This document shows positions 1-8,896 of a stretch of DNA of 64,000 nucleotides, one piece after another. The position numbers were made by a program, and so were the translations under genes. Source of the stretch: an uncultured Gemmatimonadales bacterium (GTDB lineage: Bacteria > Gemmatimonadota > Gemmatimonadetes > Gemmatimonadales > GWC2-71-9); the NCBI GenBank assembly GCA_963815325.1, contig CAWFGG010000010.1:213631-277630 (forward strand). The letters are read 5' to 3'. Position 1 is the stretch's first letter. The number at the start of each line of letters is the position of its first letter. The notes beneath the pieces are model-generated. The model worked only from the letters and a program-made list of their open reading frames with translations, was not told where the DNA came from and did not search any database.

Positions 1-499
1 TCGAGAAGACCTGTTGTACCGGTTGAACGTGGTGGAAATCGAAGTCCCGCCGCTCAGGCAGCGGCTGGAGGACGTCGACGCCTTAGTCGCCCATTTCGTG
101 AGTCAGCTCAGCGCAAGCGCGGGCGTGCCCAAGAAGGAACTCGACGACGATGCCCTCGCCGTGCTCAAGCGCCGCTCCTGGCCAGGCAACATCCGCGAAC
201 TCAGGAACGCGGTCGAGCGGGCGCTCATTCTGGCACCGGGAAAGACGGTCACCGCGGCCGATATCGATCGATTCCTTCCTGCGCCCGGTGGAGGGCGCGG
301 CTCCGGTGCGCTGGGTGATCTGGTCCACGGAGCGCGGTCGTTTGATGAATTCAAGCAGGATTCCGAGCGGGCGTTTTTGGAAGCGAAGCTCAAGGAGCAT
401 GGCTGGAACGTGTCCGAGACAGCCCGGGCCCTCGACATGCCCCGGTCCAATCTCTACAAGAAGATCGAGCGCTTCGGCCTCACGCGGGGGCAGCCGTGA
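1..499 (+). CDS. Sigma54-dependent (NtrC/Fis-family) transcriptional activator, C-terminal part (5' truncated by window)
   Basis: REDLLYRLNVVEIEVPPLRQR and WPGNIRELRNAVER AAA+ motifs; Fis-type HTH WNVSETARALDMPRSNLYKKI; frame open from position 2. Confidence 0.93.
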   Translation, partial: REDLLYRLNVVEIEVPPLRQRLEDVDALVAHFVSQLSASAGVPKKELDDDALAVLKRRSWPGNIRELRNAVERALILAPGKTVTAADIDRFLPAPGGGRGSGALGDLVHGARSFDEFKQDSERAFLEAKLKEHGWNVSETARALDMPRSNLYKKIERFGLTRGQP

Positions 500-957
500 C
501 CGACAAATTCGAGGAGTGGGACAAGAAGCTCGCGGAGGTCGATCGCGTCATCTCGAAGCTGCCTGCCAAGAGCACGGCGCCCGCGGACCCAGTCCCGGCT
601 GCCAAGCCGCAGGGTACGGCCCCCGCCGCCCGGCGCTCTGCGGCCCCGCCCGCCCGCGCGGCGGGAGGTTCCCTGAGCGTATGGACTCGCGTCGGCCTCA
701 CGGCCATCCTGGCGGTGGCCTTGACCCAGTGGCCCTTCGCCATGGCGTGTGGCGTGGGATTATACGGCTACCTCGCCGCAGTCGGGGTCGTGGTCGGGTC
801 GAGTCTCTGGGGTGCGGTCTCGACGTGGCGCCGTCGGTTGCCGAGGGCCCACATCCTGGCGTTGCTCTCGCTCCTCGCGGGCCTGACGCTCCTGGCGCTC
901 GAGGTTCTTCCCCGGATCGGGTATGCCAGGCATGTTCAGGCGTGGACCTGCGGCTAG
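496..957 (+). CDS. Hypothetical membrane protein (about 3 TM helices)
   Basis: GTGA overlap with upstream stop; charged N-terminus, Pro/Ala linker, three hydrophobic segments. Confidence 0.75.
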   Translation: MTDKFEEWDKKLAEVDRVISKLPAKSTAPADPVPAAKPQGTAPAARRSAAPPARAAGGSLSVWTRVGLTAILAVALTQWPFAMACGVGLYGYLAAVGVVVGSSLWGAVSTWRRRLPRAHILALLSLLAGLTLLALEVLPRIGYARHVQAWTCG

Positions 958-1175
958 CCTACTCGGCTGACCGTCAATGAGGACAGCGCAAATTCCCGCA
1001 CGGGGTGGCATTTCGAACACATGATGGGGATGGGTTGCCGACCGAGGGACGGCCGCACGGTCGGAGCCGTTGCATTGCGGGTGTCGTGTGCATAAGGTTC
1101 CACACCACTCAGGACAATGGGGACATTGATGACCTCACGCGCCGCGCCGCTCGCTCTGGATCTTCGTTCGTAGGT

Positions 1176-2045
1176 ATGCGTCCCATCCAAGTCGGGTCCG
1201 GCAAGCGGCGCGCGTCCTTCGATGAGGGATCGCTCGACCAGTATCTCCGCGATATCAGCCGGTACCCGCTCATCAAACAAGAAGACGAAGTCCGGCTGGC
1301 GCAGCAGATCCGCACCGGGGATCAAGAAGCGCTCGACACGCTCGTGCGGAGTAACCTCCGGTTTGTCGTGTCGGTCGCCAAGAAGTACCAGAATCAGGGT
1401 GTCTCCCTGGCGGACCTGATCAACGAGGGCAACCTCGGGCTGATCCGCGCGGCGCACAAGTTCGACGAGACCAAAGGCATCAAGTTCATATCCTACGCAG
1501 TGTGGTGGATCCGCCAGGCCATTCTTCAAGCCCTCGCCGAGCAGAGCCGCATCGTCCGGGTTCCCCTGAACCGGGCCGGGACGCTGCATCGTATCGGCAA
1601 GCGCACATCGGCCCTGCTGCAGGAGCTGGGCAGGGAGCCCACGCCCAAGGAGATCGCCGAAGGAATGGACATCTCCATGGAGGAGGTCCAGAAGACGCTC
1701 TCTATTTCTCAGACCCACCTCTCGCTGGATGCGCCGCTGACACCCGGAGAAGACAACCGGCTGCTCGATTATCTGCCCGACACCCAGAACCCCGGTCCGG
1801 ACTCGGAAACGTTCGAGCATGCCCTGACCAATTCGATTCAAGAAGTGCTGGGTACGCTCAAGGACCGGGAGGCCAAGATTCTGCGGCTCTACTTCGGGCT
1901 CGACAGCGAAGAGCCGATGACGCTCGAAGAAATCGGGAGCCTCCTCGGCATTACCCGTGAGCGGGTGCGCCAGATCAAAGAAAAGGCACTGAGCCGCCTT
2001 CGGCACGTCAGCCGATCCCGCGCGCTCGAGAGTTTCTTGTTCTAG
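1176..2045 (+). CDS. RpoD/SigA-family sigma-70 factor (short form, no region 1.1)
   Basis: Region 1.2 SLDQYLRDI, region 2 NLRFVVSVAKKY / DLINEGNLGLIRAAHKFD / YAVWWIRQAI, region 4 TLEEIGSLLGITRERVRQI; ATG 1176 after TAGGT preferred over 1005. Confidence 0.93.
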   Translation: MRPIQVGSGKRRASFDEGSLDQYLRDISRYPLIKQEDEVRLAQQIRTGDQEALDTLVRSNLRFVVSVAKKYQNQGVSLADLINEGNLGLIRAAHKFDETKGIKFISYAVWWIRQAILQALAEQSRIVRVPLNRAGTLHRIGKRTSALLQELGREPTPKEIAEGMDISMEEVQKTLSISQTHLSLDAPLTPGEDNRLLDYLPDTQNPGPDSETFEHALTNSIQEVLGTLKDREAKILRLYFGLDSEEPMTLEEIGSLLGITRERVRQIKEKALSRLRHVSRSRALESFLF

Positions 2046-2151
2046 TCCCGGTCGGCTTGCCGTCCAGCCCCACGCCTCATTACTGTGCCTAACAGCTCGG
2101 CTCGCCCCCACTGGTGAGCTGGGAATCACTCCTTCGGCATCGCTACCCATC

Positions 2152-2658
2152 ATGGCTGCCAAGTCCTCCTTCGATGTTTCAACCGGCGCCGACCTCCAGG
2201 AGGTCGACAACGCCGTCAACCAGGCCCGGAAGGAAATCCAGCAACGGTTCGACTTCCGCGGCACATCCTGCACCCTCGACTTCGATCGAGCAAAGGCGGA
2301 AGTCCAACTGGCCGCGGACGACGAATTCCGGATGCGCGCGCTGGTGGATGTGCTGCTGGCCAAGCTGGTCAAACGCGGCGTGCCCACCAAGAACTTGACC
2401 GTTGGCGCCTTCCAGCCCGCCACGGGGCAGTCGGTCCGGGCGACCGTGACCCTCACCCAAGGCATCCCGACCGAGACCGCCAAGCTGATCACCAAGGCGA
2501 TTCGGGACAACCCGGCGTTCAAGAAGGCACAGGCCAGCATTCAAGGCGACGAAGTGCGGGTGACCAGCCCGTCGCGAGACGAACTCCAGAGCGTCATCGC
2601 GTTCTTGAAAACCGGCGATTACGGCATCGAATTGAGCTTCGGGAATTTCCGCAGTTGA
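2152..2658 (+). CDS. yajQ: YajQ-family nucleotide/c-di-GMP-binding protein
   Basis: SFDVS..DLQEVDNAVNQARKEIQQRFDFRG, QASIQGDEVRVT..SRDELQ, terminal FGNFR. Confidence 0.93.
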   Translation: MAAKSSFDVSTGADLQEVDNAVNQARKEIQQRFDFRGTSCTLDFDRAKAEVQLAADDEFRMRALVDVLLAKLVKRGVPTKNLTVGAFQPATGQSVRATVTLTQGIPTETAKLITKAIRDNPAFKKAQASIQGDEVRVTSPSRDELQSVIAFLKTGDYGIELSFGNFRS

Positions 2659-4034
2659 GGCCAGGACGGTGTGGGCCTGCCGCCGTATTCGCGGCGCTGG
2701 CGCTGCTCGCCGCGGCGGCATGCACCCGCCATGCCCCGTCCGCCGAGCCCGAGCCCGAAGAGGTGGTGCCGCTCCGAGGCCGCCCGGCCCGGGCCGACAC
2801 CGTCCAGGCTCCGCCTGCAGGGCCCGACCGGGCCCAACCCAGCGACGCCCCCAGTCCGCCCGACACCGTCGTCAGCCTCCGCGACCTGAGGGTCGGGCTC
2901 CTGGTCGGCGTCGACCGGGTCGAGGTTGGGGGTGGCGACGCGCTGGTGGTGCTCGATGAGGACGGTGGATTCCTCGATGCCGTCCCGGACGGTTGGACCA
3001 TGCGGCTCCGGCGCGAGCGTGGCGGCGTCGCCCTGTTCGACGGCAACGGGCAACGGGTGCTTCAGCCGAGGCGGACCCTGGTACTCGCGCCTCGAACGCC
3101 CGGGCAGTTCGTCAGGCTCGACGGGAAGGAATACCGCGGCGAGCTTTGGGCATTCGCCGGCACGAGCGGGCTGACCGTGGTCAACCGCGTCGGGGTCGAA
3201 TCGTACCTGGCCGGCGTGCTTTCCGCCGAGATGGGACGACGTGAGCCACGCGACCTCCCCGCGCTCTTGGCCCAGGCCGTGGTGTCACGGACCTTCGCGG
3301 TGCGCAATCTGGGCAAGCGGGCGGCCGATGGGTTCGACCTGTTGCCGACGGTTGCGGATCAGATCTATGGCGGAGTGGCCAGCGAGACCGCCCAAGCCTG
3401 GGAGGCCGTCCGGCAAACCCGCCACCTGGTCTTGACCTACCATGGGCAGGTCATCGATCCCTTCTTTTCTTCGACGTGCGGCGGAACGACCGCAGCGGGC
3501 GTCGAGGTCTTTCGGGCGGCGGAACGACCCTACTTGCAGGCGCTGCCCGACGTGTCCCCCACGGGCGAAGCGTATTGCAGCCTGTCGCCCCGCTTTCGAT
3601 GGCGGCAGCAATGGACCGGCGCTGAATTGGCCCGCATCGTCCGCCAGTCCCTTCCGACCGTGGCCCAGGTGAGCGAGCGCGAGATCCACACTGTGCGCGA
3701 CGTGGCCGTGACCGAGCATACGCCGTCGGGACGGGTGGCCGCGATCGCGATCCGGCTCTCCGGGCGGAATGGCCCCGGGATCGAGGTTCGCGGACCCGAC
3801 ATTCGCCGCGTCCTGCGTCCCGCACCCGACCAGCTGCTGTTGAGCACGAAGTTCTCTCTCACTGCCGATCGCGGGACGGGATCGGTGGATCGATTGGTGG
3901 CCGACGGGGCGGGCGCGGGCCACGGTGTCGGCTTCTGCCAGTGGGGGGCCGTTGGACGTGCTCGGGCCGGCCAAGACTACGCCAAGATCCTGGCCGCATA
4001 TTTTCCATCTACCGTGTTGGAGCCTCTCAACTGA
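2655..4034 (+). CDS. SpoIID/LytB-domain lytic transglycosylase, probable lipoprotein
   Basis: YRG, ESYLAGVLSAEM, ALLAQAVVSRTFA, DQIYGG, GHGVGFCQWGA, ILAAYFP motifs; signal peptide ending AAAC. Confidence 0.9.
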   Translation: MRPGRCGPAAVFAALALLAAAACTRHAPSAEPEPEEVVPLRGRPARADTVQAPPAGPDRAQPSDAPSPPDTVVSLRDLRVGLLVGVDRVEVGGGDALVVLDEDGGFLDAVPDGWTMRLRRERGGVALFDGNGQRVLQPRRTLVLAPRTPGQFVRLDGKEYRGELWAFAGTSGLTVVNRVGVESYLAGVLSAEMGRREPRDLPALLAQAVVSRTFAVRNLGKRAADGFDLLPTVADQIYGGVASETAQAWEAVRQTRHLVLTYHGQVIDPFFSSTCGGTTAAGVEVFRAAERPYLQALPDVSPTGEAYCSLSPRFRWRQQWTGAELARIVRQSLPTVAQVSEREIHTVRDVAVTEHTPSGRVAAIAIRLSGRNGPGIEVRGPDIRRVLRPAPDQLLLSTKFSLTADRGTGSVDRLVADGAGAGHGVGFCQWGAVGRARAGQDYAKILAAYFPSTVLEPLN

Positions 4035-4690
4035 TGCGTACCGGTCTCCGCTTCTTCACACTGGCCTCGATGCTGTGCGTCGTTCCCGCGCGCGGGGCGC
4101 TGGCGCAGCAGGCTCTCGAAGGATTCTCATACGACAACATCCGCTTCAACGGTGTCCAGGTCGAAGCGGGGGTCATCACGAGCAGTCGGCTCAAAGGGGC
4201 GGCCCAGGTCGGGCTTCGGGTCGACCTGGGGCAGTTTGCGCCGCGGGTCCGGCTCATGGCCGGCGTCTCCTATTTCCGCAGCGACTTTACGGCGCGCGAG
4301 ATTGGGAAGTTCGAGTCGGCCCTCGCGGGCGTCGTGAGCGATCCCGAAGGGAACTTCACCATCGATCTCGGCCGGGTGCGGTGGGGTGACGTGGCGCTCG
4401 ATCTGGATTTCCAGTATCTCCTGGGGACGTGGGGCCGGTGGCAGCCGTACGTCGGTCTGGGTGTCGGTGCGCATTTCCGCAACGGATCCGGCGCGGCCAT
4501 CGACGGCACCTTCGTGGAGGATGCGCTCGACAACACCAGCGCGGGCATCAACTTCACGGCCGGGTGGGATGTGGCCATTGCGCGCGGGTTGATCGTCAAC
4601 ATCGGAGGCCGCGGCGTGCTTGCGAGTGACGCCAGTACCCTGGGGCTTCAGGTCGGCCTCGGGTATCGTCGAACGAGGAGCGGGTCATGA
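4034..4690 (+). CDS. Outer-membrane beta-barrel (OmpA/OmpW-like) protein
   Basis: ATG overlaps upstream TGA; signal peptide ending ALA; amphipathic strands, PYVGLGVG, terminal VGLGY. Confidence 0.75.
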   Translation: MRTGLRFFTLASMLCVVPARGALAQQALEGFSYDNIRFNGVQVEAGVITSSRLKGAAQVGLRVDLGQFAPRVRLMAGVSYFRSDFTAREIGKFESALAGVVSDPEGNFTIDLGRVRWGDVALDLDFQYLLGTWGRWQPYVGLGVGAHFRNGSGAAIDGTFVEDALDNTSAGINFTAGWDVAIARGLIVNIGGRGVLASDASTLGLQVGLGYRRTRSGS

Positions 4691-5694
4691 CCGAACGACT
4701 GCGGGTCGGGGTGATCGGTGCGGGCGCCATCGCCCAAGTCGCCCATCTGCCTACGCTCCGCCGAATGAAAGACGTGGAGGTGGCCGTGGTGTGCGATTCG
4801 GATCTCCCGAAGGCGCGCGCCGTGGCCAACCGATTCAAGATCAACGACGCCTTCGACGACATCGATGACGTGCTGCGGTACGAAGAGCTGGACGCGCTGG
4901 TCATCAGCACGCCCAATCACTTGCATGAGTCCCACGCTATATCGGCCTTGTCGGCCGGGCTCCACGTCCTGGTGGAAAAGCCGCTCGCCACCTCCACCAA
5001 GGGGGTGAACCATGTAATTCGCCAAGCGAAGAAGAGCGATCGCATCCTGATGGTCGGCACCAATCAGCGGTACCGCCCCGATGTGGAGACCGTCCGCGGA
5101 TTCGTCGAAAGCGGTGAGCTCGGCAAGGTCGACAGCGTTCGCGGGAGCTGGCACGTGTTCCGGCCCAGCCGGCTCCAGCTCGGCTGGCGTCTGCGTCAGG
5201 AACTGGCCGGTGGCGGTGCCATGCTCGATCTCGGGCTTGCCGTGCTCGACATCGGACTCTGGCTTGCGGGCAATCCGGTGCCGACCAGGGTCAGCGCCGT
5301 CCTCAACCGCATGAGCGAGCGCTCGGTGGAGCATTCCGGGAGCGCCTTCGTCGTATGCGAGAACGGGGCATCAATCTTCCTCGACGTCACCTGGAACCAC
5401 ATCGGAGACGGCGAACGGTTCGGCGCCGGAGTGCGTGGCAGCAAGGGGACCGCGAGCATCAACCCGTTCGTGGTGTGGAAACAGATGCACGGCGCACCCG
5501 TCAACGTGTCGCCGACGACCTCCTGGGGTCGCGAGACGCCGTACCAGGCATCGTTCCGCGCCGAGTGGGCGCACTTCCTCGCCGCCATCCGTGGCCAGGC
5601 CAAGGCCCCGCCGCTGGAAGACCAGGTCACCCTGCATCAAGTGCTCGACGCGATCTACCAATCCGCCGAAGAGAACCGGGACATCAAGTTGTGA
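4687..5694 (+). CDS. Gfo/Idh/MocA-family oxidoreductase
   Basis: GVIGAGAIA Rossmann motif, TPNHLH, HVLVEKP, GGGAMLDLG. Confidence 0.92.
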   Translation: MTERLRVGVIGAGAIAQVAHLPTLRRMKDVEVAVVCDSDLPKARAVANRFKINDAFDDIDDVLRYEELDALVISTPNHLHESHAISALSAGLHVLVEKPLATSTKGVNHVIRQAKKSDRILMVGTNQRYRPDVETVRGFVESGELGKVDSVRGSWHVFRPSRLQLGWRLRQELAGGGAMLDLGLAVLDIGLWLAGNPVPTRVSAVLNRMSERSVEHSGSAFVVCENGASIFLDVTWNHIGDGERFGAGVRGSKGTASINPFVVWKQMHGAPVNVSPTTSWGRETPYQASFRAEWAHFLAAIRGQAKAPPLEDQVTLHQVLDAIYQSAEENRDIKL

Positions 5695-6974
5695 GGCTGC
5701 GGAGTCTCCGCTGCGCCGGCCTGGCAGCCGTGGCCCTGGCGGCGCTCGGCTCGTTCGGCCACGCCCAACCGCCCGCCACGGCGGCCGAGGATGCCGAGGC
5801 CGGAACCGCGCTCACCGTCTACCTCATGACCATGGGGCCTGGGGCAGCGGTCTGGGAGCGGTTCGGCCACAATGCCATCTGGATCCACGATGCGGTGCAG
5901 GGAACCGATGTCGCCTACAACTACGGCTTGTTCGATTTTCGGCAGGAGAACTTCCTGCTGCATTTCGCCCAGGGCCACTTGCGGTACTGGATGGATAGCA
6001 TGGACGCCGAACGGTCGGCCATGTTCTATATGCGGCAGGATCGGTCGTTGTGGGTCCAAGAACTCAATTTGACAGCCGCGCAACGCGCCGAGCTACAACG
6101 GTTTCTCGAATGGAACCGGCAGGAGCAGCACAAGTTCTACGATTACAACTATTACTGGGACAATTGCTCGACCAGGGTGCGCGATGCGCTCGACCGCGTC
6201 CTGGGCGGTGCCATCAAGCGGCAAACCGAAAGCGTCGTCACCTCAAACACCTACCGCAGCCACACCCGGCGGCTCCTCCAGGTGGACATCCCGGCCTACC
6301 TCGGCATCATGCTCGGGTTGGGCCAACCGGTCGACCGTCCCATTTCCGTATGGGAAGCGGGCTTCCTCCCGGTACAGCTCCAGGAATCGCTGAGGAACAT
6401 TATTGTGAACGAAGGAGGCGAATCGAGCCCGCTGGTGCTCCGGGAGCGGACCTTGTTCGAGAGCAAGGCGCTGCCCGAGCCGACCTCGCTGCAGCGGTTC
6501 TGGCCCCGCTTCGCCTTGCTCGGCTTCATCCTTGGCAGCGTCCTGGTCCTGCTCGGGTGGAAGGCCAGGAACAGTAGATTCGCGCGCGGCAGCTTCTTCA
6601 CCCTCGCCATTCTGTGGAGCGGACTGACGGGGGTCGCGGGAATCATGCTGGCATTCCTCTGGTGGTTCACCGACCACGCCACCTCCGCGGCCAACGAGAA
6701 TCTGTTCCACGCCAACCCCGTGAGCCTTCTCCTGGCCGTGGCACTCGTGGCCGGAGCGCTCGGAGCCCGTCGGCCCCGGTCGGCGGTCCGGTGGCTGGCC
6801 GTCGGTGTCGCGGGCCTTTCGCTTCTTGGGGTTGTGCTCAAGGTGCTCCCCGCGATGTACCAGGTGAACGGCGACGTCATCGCACTCCTCCTGCCAGTCC
6901 ACATGGGCTTGGCACTCGGGGCATGGCACGCGCTCGGCCGCGGTTCGGCGCCCCCCGCCGGCAGTGCCGGGTAG
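5691..6974 (+). CDS. DUF4105 / Lnb-type lipoprotein N-acyltransferase-like membrane protein
   Basis: Signal peptide; FGHNAIWI, YNYGLFDF, YDYNYYWDNCSTRVRD, FLP motifs; C-terminal TM bundle; GTGA overlap with upstream stop. Confidence 0.82.
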   Translation: MRLRSLRCAGLAAVALAALGSFGHAQPPATAAEDAEAGTALTVYLMTMGPGAAVWERFGHNAIWIHDAVQGTDVAYNYGLFDFRQENFLLHFAQGHLRYWMDSMDAERSAMFYMRQDRSLWVQELNLTAAQRAELQRFLEWNRQEQHKFYDYNYYWDNCSTRVRDALDRVLGGAIKRQTESVVTSNTYRSHTRRLLQVDIPAYLGIMLGLGQPVDRPISVWEAGFLPVQLQESLRNIIVNEGGESSPLVLRERTLFESKALPEPTSLQRFWPRFALLGFILGSVLVLLGWKARNSRFARGSFFTLAILWSGLTGVAGIMLAFLWWFTDHATSAANENLFHANPVSLLLAVALVAGALGARRPRSAVRWLAVGVAGLSLLGVVLKVLPAMYQVNGDVIALLLPVHMGLALGAWHALGRGSAPPAGSAG

Positions 6975-6986
6975 GCCAATCTGGTC

Positions 6987-8469
6987 GTGACCCGCCCCTG
7001 GGTGTTGGTCATGGCGGGGGCGGTGCTCGCCGTTCTCGCGTACCCGCCGTTTCATCTGTTCGTTCCCTCTTTCATTGCGCTGGTTCCGCTCTACGTCCTG
7101 CTCGATCGGGCGGCCCGTGACGCGCGTCCCACGCGCGCCGGATGGTACGGCCTCGCTGCCGGCCTGGCCGCGAACGGTGCGCTCCACTGGTGGATGCCGG
7201 CCGCCCTTCGCCCGTACACCGCCCATCCCGAACTGGCGTACGGGCTGGCCGTGGTCCTGCTCTCGCTCTACTGGGGGCTCTTTGGTTGGTGGGTGGTGCG
7301 CACCTGGGTTGGACTACCCCGCGTACCTCGCTGGCTGGTATTCGCGGCCGGATGGACCACAATGGAATGGCTCTTCGGTCATCATGGCCCCATAGCGTTT
7401 CCCTGGCTCGGACTGGGCACATCGCTGACCGGGTTTCCTACCGCGGTCCAGTGGGCCGATATCGCGGGGGCGCGTGGTGTCACGTTTTGGCTCGCCGCGT
7501 CCAGCGCGCTGGTGGCGGTCTTTCTCGCTTCACCGGCGCGGCATTGGCGTTCCGCGCTGGCCGTTGTCGGCTCCGTATTCCTAGCTCTCGGGTACGGCGC
7601 GCTGCGTACGCGGTCGCTCGAAACACACGCAGTTGGGCGTGTCCTCCTGGTGCAGTCCAATGAGAAACTCGCGGTTGAGCGGGATACTGCCGAGTGGAGC
7701 GAAGCCGTGGCCGCGCTGGTCGATCGGACCGAGCGCGCGGTTGCTGCGTCGCGGCCGGACCTGGTGCTCTGGCCCGAGGCGGCGCTCCAACGAGGCTCGA
7801 CCGAAGACCTCGAAATGGTGCAGGATGTGGCTCGCCGGGTGAGCGTACCCATGGTGGTCGGGGCGCTCGAGCGGGTCCCCGACGGCGCATCCAGTGAGCG
7901 GCTCTACAACAGTGCCGTTCTGATCGATCCGGGCAGCCACCTCAGCGGACCCGTCTATCGAAAACGGCACCTGGTTCCCGTTGCCGAACGAGGTGCGATT
8001 CAGTCTGGGGCAGACGGCGTCATCATGCGCCTTCGCACCGGCACTGCTGCCGGTGTCGTAATCTGCTATGAGGTGGCCTTTGAGGGTTTGGCCCGGGCCT
8101 ATCGACGCCGGCAGGCGGACGTGTTGCTCAATCTTTCGAACGATGCGTGGGCCGGGCGCACCAACGCCCGCTCCCAGCACACAGCACATCTCGTCATGCG
8201 GGCCATCGAAACGCGCATGGGTGTGGCCCGTGTGGCGAACACTGGACCGTCGCTGGTGGTGGACCCGCTGGGTCGGGTGACCGCTCACACGTCGAGCGAT
8301 GTGTCGACCAGTCTAACCGCGGAGCTCGCGACGTCCGCGGTGACGTCCGTGGTACGTGCAAATGGGAGATTGGGTCGCGCTCGCGGCTGGTGTCGTCGTG
8401 CTCGGGCTTACGGGAATGCTTGTGTCTTCTTCCAGACTTGGTCGCTCTGGTGTTCGAGACGGATCGTAG
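6987..8469 (+). CDS. lnt: Apolipoprotein N-acyltransferase Lnt (extra base near 8346; true C-terminus in next frame)
   Basis: N-terminal TMs, FPWLGLG, triad WPE / YRKRHLVP / ICYE, SNDAW, MRAIETR, ANTG; conserved T-x-Y-x-x-x-GDW plus last TM appears only in the shifted frame ending TAG 8469. Confidence 0.85.
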
Positions 8470-8896
8470 CGTCGGGGCCCGGCACATAGGTGAAGACGAA
8501 CTCGAAGGGCTTGCCGTGGTTCACGTATACGACCTGGTAGCGCATGTTCGGCCCGTCCTCCTCGGACATGACGCGGCGGATCGGGTGGATCGAGTACTCG
8601 TAGGGTCCGTCTCCCGTTCGGAAGAGGAGGGTGCGCGCCTCGATCTCGAACGGCCGGCCCGCGTAGGCCGGGGCATCCGATTCCCACACCCCGATCAGCG
8701 TTTCCGGGATGTCCTCCGTCGGCGGTGGCATGAGCCTGAACGCCGCGACGGCCATCGCCACCACTGCTGCCGCTATGATGAGCACGCGGCCGCGCGACGT
8801 CGTGCTCGGCCTCGAGGTTGCCGCGGGTCCGTCGACAGGACGCGCTGGATCGTTCCGGCGCATGGTCTCGGCACCGGCCTTGTCTGATGCCGTCAT
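8408..8896 (-). CDS. Small membrane-anchored protein, beta-rich (lipocalin-like GxW) domain
   Basis: ATGA overlap with HD-GYP stop; TM VLIIAAAVVAMAVAAF then LIGVW and beta-rich sequence. Confidence 0.7.
   Translation of the reverse strand: MTASDKAGAETMRRNDPARPVDGPAATSRPSTTSRGRVLIIAAAVVAMAVAAFRLMPPPTEDIPETLIGVWESDAPAYAGRPFEIEARTLLFRTGDGPYEYSIHPIRRVMSEEDGPNMRYQVVYVNHGKPFEFVFTYVPGPDATIRLEHQSDQVWKKTQAFP

Noticed and set aside
1000-1110. TGGCA (possible sigma54 site) and GTGTG-N10-CACAC upstream of the sigma gene
   Set aside because: No GC at the -12 position; spacing does not fit a CRP box; too short to support.
954-2540. 528-aa minus-strand ORF
   Set aside because: Antisense to the sigma factor and yajQ, which have clear motifs.
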